A DNA stretch of 64,000 nt from Coleofasciculus sp. B1-GNL1-01 (lineage in GTDB: Bacteria; Cyanobacteriota; Cyanobacteriia; Cyanobacteriales; Coleofasciculaceae), in NCBI GenBank assembly GCA_040220235.1, contig JAVJTO010000075.1. One strand, written 5' to 3'. Below the pieces are notes generated by a model. It worked only from the letters and a program-made list of their open reading frames with translations. It did no database searches and was not told the origin of the DNA. Within the stretch, counting starts at the first letter, position 1, and each line of letters begins with the position of its first letter. This document shows, piece after piece, positions 49,378-61,500 of the stretch. Both the position numbers and the translations under genes were made by a program.

Positions 49378-51453
49378 TTATGCGTTCCCTTTGCTCTTAG
49401 CAATGATAGCTTCAGCCACGTTACGAGGCACTTCATCGTAGTTGCTAAACTCCATTGAGAAGATACCTCGACCTTGGGTTTTTGACCGGATATCCGTAGC
49501 ATAACCAAACATCTCGGCTAATGGAACTTTAGCAGAAACTTTGGCAATACCTTCGTCGGTACCCATCCCTTCAATTTGACCACGGCGGGAGTTGAGATCG
49601 CCCATGACATCTCCGAGAAAGTCTTCAGGCACTTCAACTTCCACTTTCATCATCGGTTCGAGTAACACGGGTGCAGCCTTCGTTACGCCGTTTCTAATTG
49701 CCATCGAACCAGCAATTTTGAACGCCATTTCCGAAGAATCAACATCGTGGTACGAACCATCAACTAATGTGGCTTTGACATCGATGAGGGGATACCCAGC
49801 TAGGATACCCGATTCGCAGGCTTCTTTCATACCCTGCTCAGCCGGGGAAATAAATTCTCTCGGTACGGAACCACCAACAATCTTGGAGACAAATTCAAAC
49901 CCACTACCGGATTCACCTGGCTCCAATTCAATGACGACATGACCGTACTGACCTTTACCGCCACTTTGGCGGATGAACTTGCCTTCAGCTTGCACGGATT
50001 TGCGAATGGTTTCTCGGTAAGCCACCTGAGGGGCACCCACATTCGCTTCAACTCGGAATTCCCGCAGCATCCGATCAACCAGAATTTCTAGGTGAAGTTC
50101 ACCCATTCCCGCAATCACGGTTTGATTGGTTTCTGGGTCAATACTGACCCGGAATGTCGGATCTTCTTCCGATAAGGCTTGGAGGGCTTTGGAAAGCTTC
50201 TCCATGTCTTGCTTGGTTTTGGGTTCTACGGCTACCGAAATCACCGGTTCTGGAATATAAAGCGATTCCAAAATAATCGGGGCTTCTTCGCCACAAATTG
50301 TATCACCCGTGGTCGTTTGCTTGAGACCAATTGCCGCACCAAGGTCACCAGCGCGTAACTCATCGACCTCAATACGTTCGTTGGATTTCAAAATAATCAG
50401 CCGGGAGATACGCTCCTTCTGATCTTTGGTGGAGTTGAGAATATAGCTACCTTTTTGCAGAACTCCGGAGTAGACCCGCATGAAGGTTAAACGACCATAA
50501 GGGTCTGACATGATTTTAAATGCCAGCGCCGATAGGGGTACTTCATCATCTGCTGGTCGGTTGTCCGGTGTCCCATCTGGCAATAGTCCCTGAATTGGCG
50601 GAACTTCCGGCGGAGAGGGTAGATAGTCCACCACTGCATCGAGGAGTAACTGTACTCCTCTATTTTTGAAGGCTGAACCACACAGCACGGGAACAATCGT
50701 GCCGGCAATTGTACCTTTACGCAGGGCAGAGCGAATTTCGTCTTCGGTGAGTTCTTCTTCTGCCAGATATTTTTCTAAGAGCGCTTCATCGGTTTCAGCT
50801 ACAGCTTCGATCAGCTTGACTCGGTACTCTTGGGCTAGCTCTTGAACCTCTTGGGGGATTTCGGTGTCTTGCATATCCGTACCCAGGTCATTGGTATAAA
50901 TCCGGGCACGCATTTGCACAAGATCGACAATCCCGTGGAAATCACTTTCACTGCCGATGGGAATTTGGATCGCCACCGCATTGGTACGTAGCCGATCGCG
51001 GAGTTGATCGTATACTTTGAAAAAGTTAGCACCCGTGCGATCCATCTTGTTGACAAAGGCAATCCTCGGCACCCGGTAGCGATCGGCTTGACGCCACACG
51101 GTTTCCGATTGGGGCTGGACACCTCCCACTGAGCAGAACACAGCAATTACACCATCTAAAACCCGCATCGAACGCTCAACTTCAATCGTGAAGTCTACGT
51201 GACCCGGTGTATCAATGATGTTAATCCGGTGATCCAGCCAGTTCGTGCTGATGGCAGCAGCAGTAATTGTAATTCCCCGTTCCCGCTCTTGCGCCATCCA
51301 GTCGGTCACGGCTGTCCCTTCATGGACTTCGCCTAGTTTATGAACGATTCCTGAGTAAAACAGAATTCGTTCTGTTGTTGTTGTCTTGCCCGCATCAATG
51401 TGGGCGGCAATCCCGATATTGCGTATTTTCTCAAGCGGGATGGTACGTGCCAC
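49378..51453 (-). CDS. fusA: elongation factor G
   Basis: [30 protein letters not shown]. Confidence 0.99.
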   Translation of the reverse strand: MARTIPLEKIRNIGIAAHIDAGKTTTTERILFYSGIVHKLGEVHEGTAVTDWMAQERERGITITAAAISTNWLDHRINIIDTPGHVDFTIEVERSMRVLDGVIAVFCSVGGVQPQSETVWRQADRYRVPRIAFVNKMDRTGANFFKVYDQLRDRLRTNAVAIQIPIGSESDFHGIVDLVQMRARIYTNDLGTDMQDTEIPQEVQELAQEYRVKLIEAVAETDEALLEKYLAEEELTEDEIRSALRKGTIAGTIVPVLCGSAFKNRGVQLLLDAVVDYLPSPPEVPPIQGLLPDGTPDNRPADDEVPLSALAFKIMSDPYGRLTFMRVYSGVLQKGSYILNSTKDQKERISRLIILKSNERIEVDELRAGDLGAAIGLKQTTTGDTICGEEAPIILESLYIPEPVISVAVEPKTKQDMEKLSKALQALSEEDPTFRVSIDPETNQTVIAGMGELHLEILVDRMLREFRVEANVGAPQVAYRETIRKSVQAEGKFIRQSGGKGQYGHVVIELEPGESGSGFEFVSKIVGGSVPREFISPAEQGMKEACESGILAGYPLIDVKATLVDGSYHDVDSSEMAFKIAGSMAIRNGVTKAAPVLLEPMMKVEVEVPEDFLGDVMGDLNSRRGQIEGMGTDEGIAKVSAKVPLAEMFGYATDIRSKTQGRGIFSMEFSNYDEVPRNVAEAIIAKSKGNA

Positions 51454-51664
51454 AGCTACCTCCTTCGTCTGTGCCGCAAGTTTACACGTTGCGTTACTAT
51501 CTCTTTACAATTCTATACTTTGTTTAACTTTTTAGGGATTTGTCCTTTGTTCGTTATCCTACTCGCTCCTCAGAAACTCAGACAGCGACGTTATTTTTTG
51601 CCCACGAAATCCCCAAAATTAACCTTTACCCTGCCTTGGCGCTGTCCGTCATCAGCTTACTGAA

Positions 51665-52135
51665 TTAGTAGCGATAATGAGCAAACGCTTTATTGGCATC
51701 TGCCATCCGATGGGTTTCTTCCCGCTTACGAATGGCATTCCCTGTTTCATTTGCCGCATCCATCAGCTCATTTGCGAATTTACTCGCCATACTTCTCCCT
51801 GGACGACTTCGGGAAAATTGGATCAGCCAGCGCATGGCTAATGTTATTCCGCGTTCTGAGCGAACTTCCATGGGAACTTGATAGGTTGCCCCTCCCACCC
51901 GACGGGCTTTCACTTCTACTAAAGGCGTGACATTCCGTACCGCTTCTTCAAATACCTCTAGCGGTTCCTTTCCGGTGCGTTCTTCAATAATTTTGAAGGC
52001 GTCATAGATAATCCGAGATGCTACTGATTTTTTCCCATGATGCATAATCCGGCGCACCATCATACTAAGCAGACGGCTGTTATAAACCGGGTCAGGGGGG
52101 ACTGGGCGCTTTTTAACAACTGTGCGACGAGACAT
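51665..52135 (-). CDS. rpsG: 30S ribosomal protein S7
   Basis: [30 protein letters not shown]. Confidence 0.99.
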   Translation of the reverse strand: MSRRTVVKKRPVPPDPVYNSRLLSMMVRRIMHHGKKSVASRIIYDAFKIIEERTGKEPLEVFEEAVRNVTPLVEVKARRVGGATYQVPMEVRSERGITLAMRWLIQFSRSRPGRSMASKFANELMDAANETGNAIRKREETHRMADANKAFAHYRY

Positions 52136-52332
52136 AGTAAGCCTTTACAAAATACATACACGGCAAATTTAACTATTTATCCTGGAACTGATTATTTTTT
52201 CTCCAGTCTTTAGGACTTGCTTGAAAAAAGCAAGCCACTTCATCTCCCTATTTTCCTGATCAAGTTACCCAAAACAAACCGCTATGGGTAAGTCTAGCAG
52301 GGTTGTGGCAGATTTAGAAAAGTTCTCTTGGT

Positions 52333-52704
52333 TTACTTAGGACGCTTGGTTCCGTACTTGGAACGACCCTGCTTGCGATCTTTCACACCCGCCGTATCTA
52401 GAGTTCCTCGAATAATGTGATATCGAACTCCGGGTAAATCTTTAACCCGTCCTCCTCTAATCATGACGACCGAGTGTTCTTGAAGGTTATGACCAATCCC
52501 TGGAATATACGCCGTCACTTCAAAACCCGATGTCAGACGCACCCTTGCCACTTTCCGCAGGGCTGAGTTCGGTTTCTTAGGGGTTGTCGTATAGACGCGG
52601 GTGCAAACACCCCGCCGTTGTGGACATTGTTTCAGTGCAGGCGATTTTGTTTTCGCCTTAATTTTGGCACGTTCGCTACGAATAAGCTGCTGGATAGTGG
52701 GCAT
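52333..52704 (-). CDS. rpsL: 30S ribosomal protein S12
   Basis: [21 protein letters not shown]. Confidence 0.99.
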   Translation of the reverse strand: MPTIQQLIRSERAKIKAKTKSPALKQCPQRRGVCTRVYTTTPKKPNSALRKVARVRLTSGFEVTAYIPGIGHNLQEHSVVMIRGGRVKDLPGVRYHIIRGTLDTAGVKDRKQGRSKYGTKRPK

Positions 52705-52757
52705 GAGTTAAGGCGCGTGATATTCCTTGAATCGTTTGCAAGTATTGACAAATTCTG

Positions 52758-52787
52758 ATTGTACTGACTTTTAGGCAACAATGTCAA
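52758..52787 (-). promoter_or_regulatory. sigma70 promoter of the str operon
   Basis: TTGACA-18 nt-TACAAT on the minus strand. Confidence 0.7.
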
Positions 52788-52881
52788 TTTTTTGATCATT
52801 AATCCTTGGTCATACTCGCTTCCTTGAGAAGCAAGCTACGTCCTTTGTCCTTTAATTACCCATTCAACCTAGGATCATTCC

Positions 52882-53211
52882 TCACGTCTTAACTCGAAAC
52901 GAGTTACCACAGCCACAGGTTTCAATGGCATTGGGATTATAAAAGCGAAACCCACCGCCCATGAGATCTTCGGAATAATCTAAGGTGAGGGTAGTTAAAT
53001 GCTTGATGCTTGCCTCATCTACGACAACAGCGACGCCTTGACAATCATAGACGCGATCGCTTGCTCCGACGGCATCATCAAACTCCAGAGTATAGTATAA
53101 ATCGGCACATCCTCCTGGCTTCACGCCTAAGCGTAATCGAGCTTGCTGTTGCTGGCGCTTGGTTTGTAGGCGTCTAATTTCAGCGATCGCCGCTTGACTC
53201 AGTGTAATCAT
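52882..53211 (-). CDS. HesB/IscA-family Fe-S cluster assembly accessory protein
   Basis: GGC, LDYSEDLMGGGFRF.NPNA..TCGCGNSF. Confidence 0.93.
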   Translation of the reverse strand: MITLSQAAIAEIRRLQTKRQQQQARLRLGVKPGGCADLYYTLEFDDAVGASDRVYDCQGVAVVVDEASIKHLTTLTLDYSEDLMGGGFRFYNPNAIETCGCGNSFRVKT

Positions 53212-53318
53212 TGGTTTTGTCCTGGGTCAGAAATCATCTTAACAGGCAAAAAAATTTCCTCCCCTAGTATTAGGGAGGAGTAAATTTGGCGTCAAGCTAG
53301 TCAAGCCCAGGTCAGCAG

Positions 53319-53425
53319 TATAGCCCTACGGGGATACGTTAGGACATTCCCCTGTTGCCTGTTGCCTGTTGCCTGTTGCCTTTTCACCCAATTGTATTGT
53401 CCTAACCTTAATGCGTAGTGCTATA
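53319..53425. mobile_element. MITE-like element with TATAGC...GCTATA ends and an internal CCTGTTG tract
   Basis: inverted ends TATAGCCCTACG..GTTAGGACA / TGTCCTAAC..CGTAGTGCTATA. Confidence 0.7.
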
Positions 53426-53452
53426 TTAGCTAGCTACTTCAGACAATCCAAC

Positions 53453-53878
53453 CTATTGTGAGGTGGACTCGCTGCGGGCGTAGTCATCTTCATAGCGAAT
53501 AATGTCATCTTCGCCAAGATACTCGCCATTCTGTACTTCAATTAATACCAGCGGAATAACACCCGGATTTTCTAGGCGATGAGCATGTCCTTGAGGAACA
53601 TAGCTGGACTGATTTTGATGAATCAATAATTCCTTATCCCCGCAAATAACCTTCGCCATGCCACTGACCACAATCCAGTGTTCACTACGATGGTAGTGCA
53701 TTTGCAGACTGAGGCGATGACCAGGCTTCACCTCAATACGCTTAATTTTGTATCCTCGCCCCTCTTCCAGAACAGTAAATGAACCCCAAGGTCTTAGTTC
53801 TGTAGCGGCAGCGCCTTCGGCAGTCAACGATCTGGGTAGGGTGATCGCCGAATCTTGAGGAACTGCTTGCTGAACCAT
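53453..53878 (-). CDS. cupin, phosphomannose isomerase type II C-terminal domain
   Basis: RPWGSF, LSLQMH.HRSEHW, HRLENPG, IEVQ.GEYLGEDDI.R..DDY.R. Confidence 0.94.
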   Translation of the reverse strand: MVQQAVPQDSAITLPRSLTAEGAAATELRPWGSFTVLEEGRGYKIKRIEVKPGHRLSLQMHYHRSEHWIVVSGMAKVICGDKELLIHQNQSSYVPQGHAHRLENPGVIPLVLIEVQNGEYLGEDDIIRYEDDYARSESTSQ

Positions 53879-54096
53879 AGTATTTCTCCTGAAAATAGTT
53901 ACGGCTTTGTTAATCGCGTGTAAAAACAGTTTATCGAATATCGAGCTATTGCTCGGTTATCAACAACACAAAAGCCAGCCACAATTAACATTAGCAAATT
54001 CAGCTTATATTTTGCATGCATTAGGGGCTGGATACGTCAAATTGTAGGAAGTCTTCACATTTAGAGGCTTGAGCTTTATCGAAACTTTAAGAAAGG

Positions 54097-54220
54097 AGTC
54101 GGACAACAGAATGGTACACTTATTAAGTTTTGTAAATAAGCCTCAAACCCTTACAAAGGACACAGGACGAATGACAAATGACAATCTCCACCGTTAGCTT
54201 TTATTGTGTCCACCTACTTA
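54097..54220. mobile_element. MITE-like element related to 40006-40135; its end supplies the stop codon of the adjacent gene
   Basis: shared internal sequence; the terminal ACCTACTTA contains the minus-strand TAG at 54214-54216. Confidence 0.6.
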
Positions 54221-56202
54221 TAGGGTCGGAAGAGTCCCAAACCATTGTGAACACGGGCGGCTGTATAGGGAGAACGATCTAGAAGATGACCACCCAAATA
54301 GAGTCCAGTAGAACTGCCACCGTCTAGATTGAGTGCATCAACTGCTCCGAGTTGTTGCATTAACTGTGCCGTTTCGGTCAAGTTAGGTCCTCTGCCACCG
54401 ACACGATTATGGATAGCGGCAATAATTAGCGTGCCATTTGCCGTGATCCCGATCGCACTCCGAATGGCAGATTGTTGAGCAAAGGCATTACTAAATTTTT
54501 CGGCTGTGGCATCTAACACAATTTGGCGATTTTGCAGTAACAAGGGACCTGCACCCAGGATATGAGGATAATTATTAAACTCAGTCGGCAAGGTTTTCTG
54601 TTCAATCTGGACTTGTGTGCCAATCGGTAGAGTACTTACCGCAACTTTTGAATCACCGCCTCTACCCGTGAGTAGATAGCCATTAACTGGAATAAAAAAC
54701 GACTCCTCACCTGCGACTCCTCCGGGTAATTGAGCCGTAATCTGGTTATTTTGCACAACCGAGATCACTTCATTATCGGTTAATGGGGTGTATGTTTCGC
54801 CCCACTCTGGGGTATAGCGAGATATCCCGGCTTGCACATAACCGCTATTCAGAAACAGAATTGGGAAACGTTTTCCATTGGCGGTAATTAAGGTTTCCTG
54901 AAGGCTGAGGCGTCCAAATTTAAATTGATGCTGATCCGTCCAGGCGATCGCACCTCGGTTGAGAATGGGTCCAGAATACCAGCGTCCATCCCGGCGGATT
55001 GCACCTAAGGGCAGTTGATTATTGCGGTTAAAAAAGCCACCATTGATGGCAGCAGCAGCTTTCCATAACTGCGCGGTTTTAATCAGGGGGGCGGTTCCCA
55101 CTTGAGTCGTGGGATTACTCCACATCGGTTTCAGATTAACTTGCGGATTTTTGGGATCAACCTCTAGCCACACCAAAGGAAATCGAGTATCACCCAGAGT
55201 CACAGTCCGCTGACGCCACCAAATACCTGGCGCCCACAGAATATCTTTTTCCACCATGGCATTGGGACGAAGTTCGATGACTAAGCGATTGGGGTTGGGT
55301 AAACTAAAAACGTGTAACTGTAGACCATCTGGAATCGAAACCCCGATAGTGGTTTTAGTCTGATTGGTTTCAACTTGGATAGTCGGTTGATTGTCTAAGG
55401 CTTCATTATCTTCCTCATCTCCCTCAACTTCCTCAACTTCCTCATCCTCCTCATCTTCCACGACCGGGGGCGGGGTAAACTGTTCAATCAGGGATGGATT
55501 CGCGATCGCTTCTAAAATAATTGCTCCTTCACCAGGGCTTCTGCTCACTTGCCAAGGTGTGGGACGATCTAAATCAAGGACAATTCTAAATCCCCATAGC
55601 AGCGTCTCTTGTTGAATACTGTCTAGTTGTGCAGGTATAGACGTTAGCGCGAGTGTATCTCCTTGACCTTGAAATTGCCATCCCACCTGTTGAGCCAACT
55701 CTGTAACATCTAAATAGCGATAAGCATCACGATGGTGAGCCACGAAAAAGAGGGGCGTAGTCAGGGGATTAGAGAACCACTGTATCGGTTGTTGTGTCCA
55801 ATTGCGGGTACTCAACAATTCTAGTCCGAAGAGGTGTTGAACTCCTACATCACTGATACCCGTGCGTATAACTTCCCCAACCTGCCACTGTTTCCAAGCA
55901 AGGGGTACGATTCGACCATTTAAGGAGAGTTTTGTCCCCCCGCCAACGACTTGAGTTGGGGTTTGAGCGAATCTATGAGTCTGAGACGAGGAAGTAACGG
56001 CTTCAGCTTCTACTAATTCGCGATCGAGTTCAAGGGTTGACTGAACGACTAAACGTTGCAGAATTTCCCCCATGGTTAGACTTTCTATTACTAGGGATTC
56101 TGTAGAATTAACACGTTGAGCGGCTAAACCTAGACATGAAGCGCAAATTGCTAAGATTCCTATCACAATTTGGGCTTTATTCCGTGAGAAGACCTTGGTC
56201 AT
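54214..56202 (-). CDS. phosphodiester glycosidase (NAGPA-like) family secreted protein
   Basis: AAINGGFFNRN, LNSGYVQAG, GAGPLL, ALNLDGGSST; AMIN-like RIVLDLD/RLVIEL segments. Confidence 0.9.
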   Translation of the reverse strand: MTKVFSRNKAQIVIGILAICASCLGLAAQRVNSTESLVIESLTMGEILQRLVVQSTLELDRELVEAEAVTSSSQTHRFAQTPTQVVGGGTKLSLNGRIVPLAWKQWQVGEVIRTGISDVGVQHLFGLELLSTRNWTQQPIQWFSNPLTTPLFFVAHHRDAYRYLDVTELAQQVGWQFQGQGDTLALTSIPAQLDSIQQETLLWGFRIVLDLDRPTPWQVSRSPGEGAIILEAIANPSLIEQFTPPPVVEDEEDEEVEEVEGDEEDNEALDNQPTIQVETNQTKTTIGVSIPDGLQLHVFSLPNPNRLVIELRPNAMVEKDILWAPGIWWRQRTVTLGDTRFPLVWLEVDPKNPQVNLKPMWSNPTTQVGTAPLIKTAQLWKAAAAINGGFFNRNNQLPLGAIRRDGRWYSGPILNRGAIAWTDQHQFKFGRLSLQETLITANGKRFPILFLNSGYVQAGISRYTPEWGETYTPLTDNEVISVVQNNQITAQLPGGVAGEESFFIPVNGYLLTGRGGDSKVAVSTLPIGTQVQIEQKTLPTEFNNYPHILGAGPLLLQNRQIVLDATAEKFSNAFAQQSAIRSAIGITANGTLIIAAIHNRVGGRGPNLTETAQLMQQLGAVDALNLDGGSSTGLYLGGHLLDRSPYTAARVHNGLGLFRPYK

Positions 56203-56376
56203 AATCTTGGCTTTGGTGTGAGATGACTTAACGTTTAACCATACCGATAAACTAATTCCTGTATTGTAGGTCTATTCAAAAAATTAGTTCAATTTTTTGG
56301 AAGACTCCCGTTTGAGTAAGGCTCCAATGCAAAGGGCTGTGGCTGAACCAATAATAGTTAAGGGTTCAGGAACAGT

Positions 56377-56772
56377 TTGAGAATCAGTTTGATATTGGGT
56401 CTGCTTACTGGGACTACAATGTTAATCACTGCTATAGCAACAATTATTCCAAGTACAATTAAAACTGAAGTCGGAACAGGCTCAACGGATTGGCTTTCGG
56501 GACAACTTGCTATGAAAAAGTGGTATCTGCCAGCTTCAATTATCTCTGTAGTTGTTGGATTAGTGTTTTTGATAATCGGTGACGGAACAAGTCAAGGTGC
56601 AGGCACAACCGGCTGGCAATTTTTTGTTTTAGCATATTTCCATGGGATAACATGGTTGCTCTTATCAGTATTCTTTATGCTTAAACACAAGTCATTCAAC
56701 AATGCCGACTATATTGGTTACGCAGCTTTAGTGGTATACATTGTGTTTTTAGCAACGCTGTTTCTTGGATAA
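56377..56772 (+). CDS. hypothetical 4-TM membrane protein
   Basis: 131-aa hydrophobic ORF, AT-rich, TTG start; no family recognised. Confidence 0.55.
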   Translation: MRISLILGLLTGTTMLITAIATIIPSTIKTEVGTGSTDWLSGQLAMKKWYLPASIISVVVGLVFLIIGDGTSQGAGTTGWQFFVLAYFHGITWLLLSVFFMLKHKSFNNADYIGYAALVVYIVFLATLFLG

Positions 56773-57574
56773 TACACCTGCCGCACAGTACAAATTATAA
56801 AATCCTTAAATCAGATATAAGATTAAGTGCATCTGTTTCCATTCTTCAGTACTAACAGTTTTACTAGGTTGCGTCCGGTGACACGAACCCTATATTTTCG
56901 CCTGCCTACTCCGCCAAAGTGCGATCGCCTTCTCAACCATATTGGACTGAGCCGGGGAAATATCCATTACCTGATGCTGGAAAGAGAATTGATTAAAGCT
57001 TTCGGTGGGGATTGGCAGAATCGGATGTGAACTCTCCCCGGCTGGCTCTTTGTTATAGCGCTTCGCGCTGGTCTAGTTACACTTTGTTTGTACGAACATC
57101 CCATCTGGACTTAGCTTCAGAGAAGGGAGTTGTAAATACACGCCTAGCGACTTGCTATAAATGGTCGTTTGAGCAACTTCTCTCATATCCTCACAATCAT
57201 CATCTGACTGTGCCAGTTCTGCCCAGCTGGTGAATCTGTCGCCTTTACCCCCGACAGCGTTTCAGGTTTCTGGTTAGGTAGCGATCGCGTTCCCCTTGTT
57301 CAATTCTTTCGGCTAATAACTTTTAAGCGATAGTCTCAAGTCCTGGCGCTATTGTAATTCTTACCCGTTGGGAGTTTCACTTGGGGACGATTTAGTGATT
57401 GAGTCGCAATCACTCTCGGATTTTTCACGGATTATCACTTTTGAGTAATTTTTCCCCGGTGACAGCTACTTTTAACCACGAAACAACGGTTTAACAACAC
57501 TTTCAGCCTTTTCAAGTCCAGCGTCATACCAGGGAACCGCGTAGCCTGGTTTATCGCTTTGGGATTATTTAGAT

Positions 57575-57739
57575 TTATAAGTTTTGCTTGGGTAGATTTC
57601 CCGCGATCGCCTTCTGCACGACTTCCGCCCAGTTCACACTGGATATCACTGACTCGGTTAACACGCCATCTACAATCTCTTCTCCCGACTCACCCTTCAG
57701 ATAAGCCAGCAACGCCGAAGCATCCAACACTACCGTCAT
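57575..57739 (-). pseudogene. vapC: truncated VapC/PIN-domain toxin
   Basis: MTVVLDASALLAYL.GE.G...S.VNWAEV then only 14 further aa (54 aa total); ATGA overlap with the antitoxin; absent from the ORF track. Confidence 0.85.
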
Positions 57740-58002
57740 TCAGTCTCTTCCTTTCTCGCGGCTTGGCGACGTTCAGCGATCAACTCATCGACCAAACTGC
57801 GATTTTTGGGTATCTGTGCGAACCGTGCCTTCAACTTTTGCTTAATCGCCTCTGGCTTTTCCAACACCAACCGCCCCGCCTCCTCACGGGCAACTAGCTT
57901 ATCCCCTTCCTCAAACCCCAACAACCGCCGCAACGCTGCCGGAATGACTAACCGCCCCTGACGACCCAAATGTACTTCTACGGATTTGGATAGTTCGCTC
58001 AT
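57736..58002 (-). CDS. AbrB/MazE/SpoVT-family antitoxin
   Basis: LGRQGRLVIPAALRRLLGFEEGDKL, SLVDELIAERR; ATG at 58002 (or 58029). Confidence 0.9.
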   Translation of the reverse strand: MSELSKSVEVHLGRQGRLVIPAALRRLLGFEEGDKLVAREEAGRLVLEKPEAIKQKLKARFAQIPKNRSLVDELIAERRQAARKEETE

Positions 58003-58032
58003 CTGCTTTATTTGTGTCACATTATTCATTCT

Positions 58033-58058
58033 ATGCCACGGATTGTAAAATGTGGCAT
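58033..58058 (-). promoter_or_regulatory. palindromic operator enclosing the -10 box of the TA operon
   Basis: ATGCCAC-N12-GTGGCAT with minus-strand TACAAT (58042-58047) in the spacer. Confidence 0.6.
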
Positions 58059-58596
58059 TACTCCAGAGTGAGCAAGGAAACACCAAGGCTCTTGGCTCCT
58101 CCAGATAAAATTGTTTGCAGCTAGGTCGATTAATCGGTTAATAGTTTAAACTCATGGCATAAGGGATTGCCAGAGTCAAGTATTTTCGCTAGGATCAATC
58201 TCCCCATCTAAAGAGCTTCATTTGAGAACCAAAGTGGCTGACCCTTCTGGGTCTGTAGTTTAGTGGCTGATGCTACTCCGTCTGCCAACCGTATATATAA
58301 AAATATTAGGACAACCACGCCAACTGGACACGAGATGACTCACACAATGATCACTAGAGAGCGAATTAACGTCAATTATTTCTCTATTTTTCAGTTTTTC
58401 AATGGAACTGGCGATGACGTAGCCGACTTGGATAGAACTGAGATTTTACCGCACTGGTAATCAATTTCTAGTTACCGTAAGGTGGGCGATAACAACTAAC
58501 GATCAGACAAGGGTTTCAAGGTTTATACCCCTTGCCCCCCTACCTCTAGTGACGAATGACCAGTGACCAATGACCAATAACACTAGGAACTATCTT

Positions 58597-61500
58597 ATGA
58601 CAAACAGGAGCATCAACCCAAATCAACAGCATCAATCTTGGAGTCGAGACGATGTAGCCTATCCAGGACAACGATGGTTGGTGGAAGAACGAGATGCTTG
58701 CGGTGTTGGCTTTATCGCCTCAGTCGCAGGTGTCGCTAGCCATGAACTGATTGAACAGGCACTTTCGGCATTAACCTGTTTAGAACATCGCGGTGGTTGT
58801 AGCGCTGACCGAGATTCGGGTGATGGCGCTGGCTTGATGACGACGATTCCTTGGGGATTGTTTACATCTTGGTTTGAGGAACAAGGAATCACCATGCCAC
58901 CAACCGATCAGTTGGCGGTGGGTATGGTATTTTTACCCCAAGATGGGACAAAAGCAGCTAAAGTTCGGGAAATTGTTGGCGGAGTCTTTGAACACGACGG
59001 TTTCACCGTATTGGGTTGGCGTGTCGTTCCCCTAAACGAGTCAGTTGTGGGACCTCAAGCCCTGGACAATCAACCACACATTGAGCAAGTTATTGTTAGC
59101 TGCCCCAATCAAGCTGGGGATGATCGGGAACGTCTTCTCTATAAAACCCGCCGTCGCATTGGTAACGCCTTAGAAGCCGATGGTACGCTTCATTGGTCGG
59201 ATGATTTATACATTTGCTCCCTCTCAAGTCGCACAATTGTCTATAAAGGCATGGTGCGTTCGGCGGTACTGGGTGAATTTTATCTTGACCTAAAACAGCC
59301 GGAGTATCAAAGCCCTTTTGCCGTTTATCATCGCCGTTTTAGCACCAATACCCTACCCAAATGGCCCCTCGCCCAACCGATGCGGTTGTTGGGACATAAT
59401 GGGGAAATTAATACGCTGCTGGGCAATATTAACTGGATGAAGGCAAGGGAAGCCGATTTATCCCATCCAGTCTGGGGGAACGACATCGAAGACCTCAAGC
59501 CCACGGTTGCTCCGGATAATAGTGACTCCGCTACCCTGGATAATATATTCGAGTTACTCGTGCGATCGCGTCGTAGTCCTTTGGAAGCCTTGATGATTAT
59601 GGTGCCCGAAGCCTATAAGAATCAGCCCGATTTGCAGGATCATCCGGAAATTGTTGATTTTTACGAATATTACAGCGGCATTCAAGAACCTTGGGATGGT
59701 CCGGCGCTGTTAGTCTTTAGTGATGGTCAAGTCGTTGGTGCAACCCTTGACCGCAATGGATTGCGACCTGCCCGTTATAGTATCACCCGGAATGGCTACG
59801 TGGTGGTTGGATCAGAAGCGGGTGTCGTAGATTTACCCGAAGCAGATATTGTGGAAAAGGGTAGACTTGGACCCGGACAGATGATTGCTGTGGATTTAGC
59901 CAACCACGAAATTCTCAAAAATTGGGACATCAAACAGCGAGTTTCCCAACGGCTACCCTACGGCGACTGGCTGAAACAGCATCGTCAGGTTTTATCCCCT
60001 CAAGGGTTTACCGATTCAACTCAACTCGACGCCCAAACCTTACTCCAGCAGCAAACCGCCTTTGGGTATACGGCTGAGGATTTGGATATGATCCTGGAAC
60101 CGATGGTGAGTCAAGGGAAAGAACCAACATTTTGTATGGGGGATGATATTCCCTTAGCCATCCTCTCCGATAAGCCGCGCCTGCTGTATGACTATTTCAA
60201 ACAACGGTTTGCCCAAGTCACCAATCCACCAATTGACCCCTTGCGGGAAAGTCTGGTGATGTCCTTAAGTATGGAACTGGGTCAACGGGGGAATCTGCTA
60301 GAGGCTAAACCCGAGTATGCCCAATTGCTGAAACTGAAAACCCCGGTTCTGAATGAAGCCGAGTTAAATGCGGTAAAAGCGTCTGGGTTTGCTACGACTG
60401 AACTCTCCACATTATTTGAGATTAGCGCGGGTCCGGATGGGTTAAAAGATGCCATTGACCGATTATGTGACCAAGCCGACCAAGCGGTGAAATCTGGCTC
60501 AAAAGTGCTGATTTTGAGCGATAAAATTGGTGGGAGTGTAGGAGAAAACACCAGTTATATTCCACCCCTATTGGCAGTGGGGGCGGTTCACCATCACCTG
60601 ATTCGCGAAGGGTTGCGGATGAAAGCCTCTCTGGTTGTAGAAACGGCGCAATGTTGGAGTACCCATCATTTTGCTTGTTTGATTGGTTATGGGGCTTCAG
60701 CAATTCATCCCTATTTGGCATTGGAATCTGTGCGTCAGTGGTGGTCGAATCCCAAGACCCAGAAATTGATGGATCGGGGTAAAATTGAACCCTTAACCAT
60801 TGAAGAAGCCCAGAAAAATTACCGTAAGGCGGTGGAAGCCGGGTTATTGAAAATCCTGTCCAAAATGGGGATTTCTCTACTCTCGTCTTACCAAGGGGCG
60901 CAGATTTTTGAAGCCTTGGGAATTGGTGCAGAGGTATTAGACTTAGCCTTCTGCGGTACAACCTCCCGCTTGGGTGGTTTGAATCTGGCAGAATTGGCAC
61001 AGGAAGTGATTGCCTTCCATCAACGGGCGTTCCCAGAGTTGACAGGTAAGAAACTGGAAAACTTTGGCTTTATCCAATACCGTCCCGGTGGGGAATATCA
61101 CATGAATAGCCCGGAGATGGCAAAGGCGTTGCATAAAGCCGTGGCATCTTTTAATGGTAATGGTCAGGATGCGTCGGTTAAAAACGGAAACGGCAAAACT
61201 GACGAGGAAAAGACCGCTTATGACCACTATGATGTCTATAAGAAATACCTGGAAGACCGCCCGGTCACGGCGTTACGGGATTTGTTAGACTTCAAGAGCG
61301 ATCGCACCCCGATTCCGATTGAGGATGTAGAACCTGTGGCGGAGATTGTCCAGCGTTTCTGTACCGGGGCGATGTCCTTGGGTTCCCTGTCGCGAGAGGC
61401 ACATGAAACCTTAGCCATTGCCATGAATCGGATTGGTGGGAAATCCAATTCCGGTGAAGGGGGCGAAGACCCAGTTCGGTTTAAAGTCTTAGATGATGTG

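Noticed and set aside
58263..58460. 65-aa ORF upstream of glsF
   Set aside because: no recognisable motif or RBS; probably promoter/leader DNA
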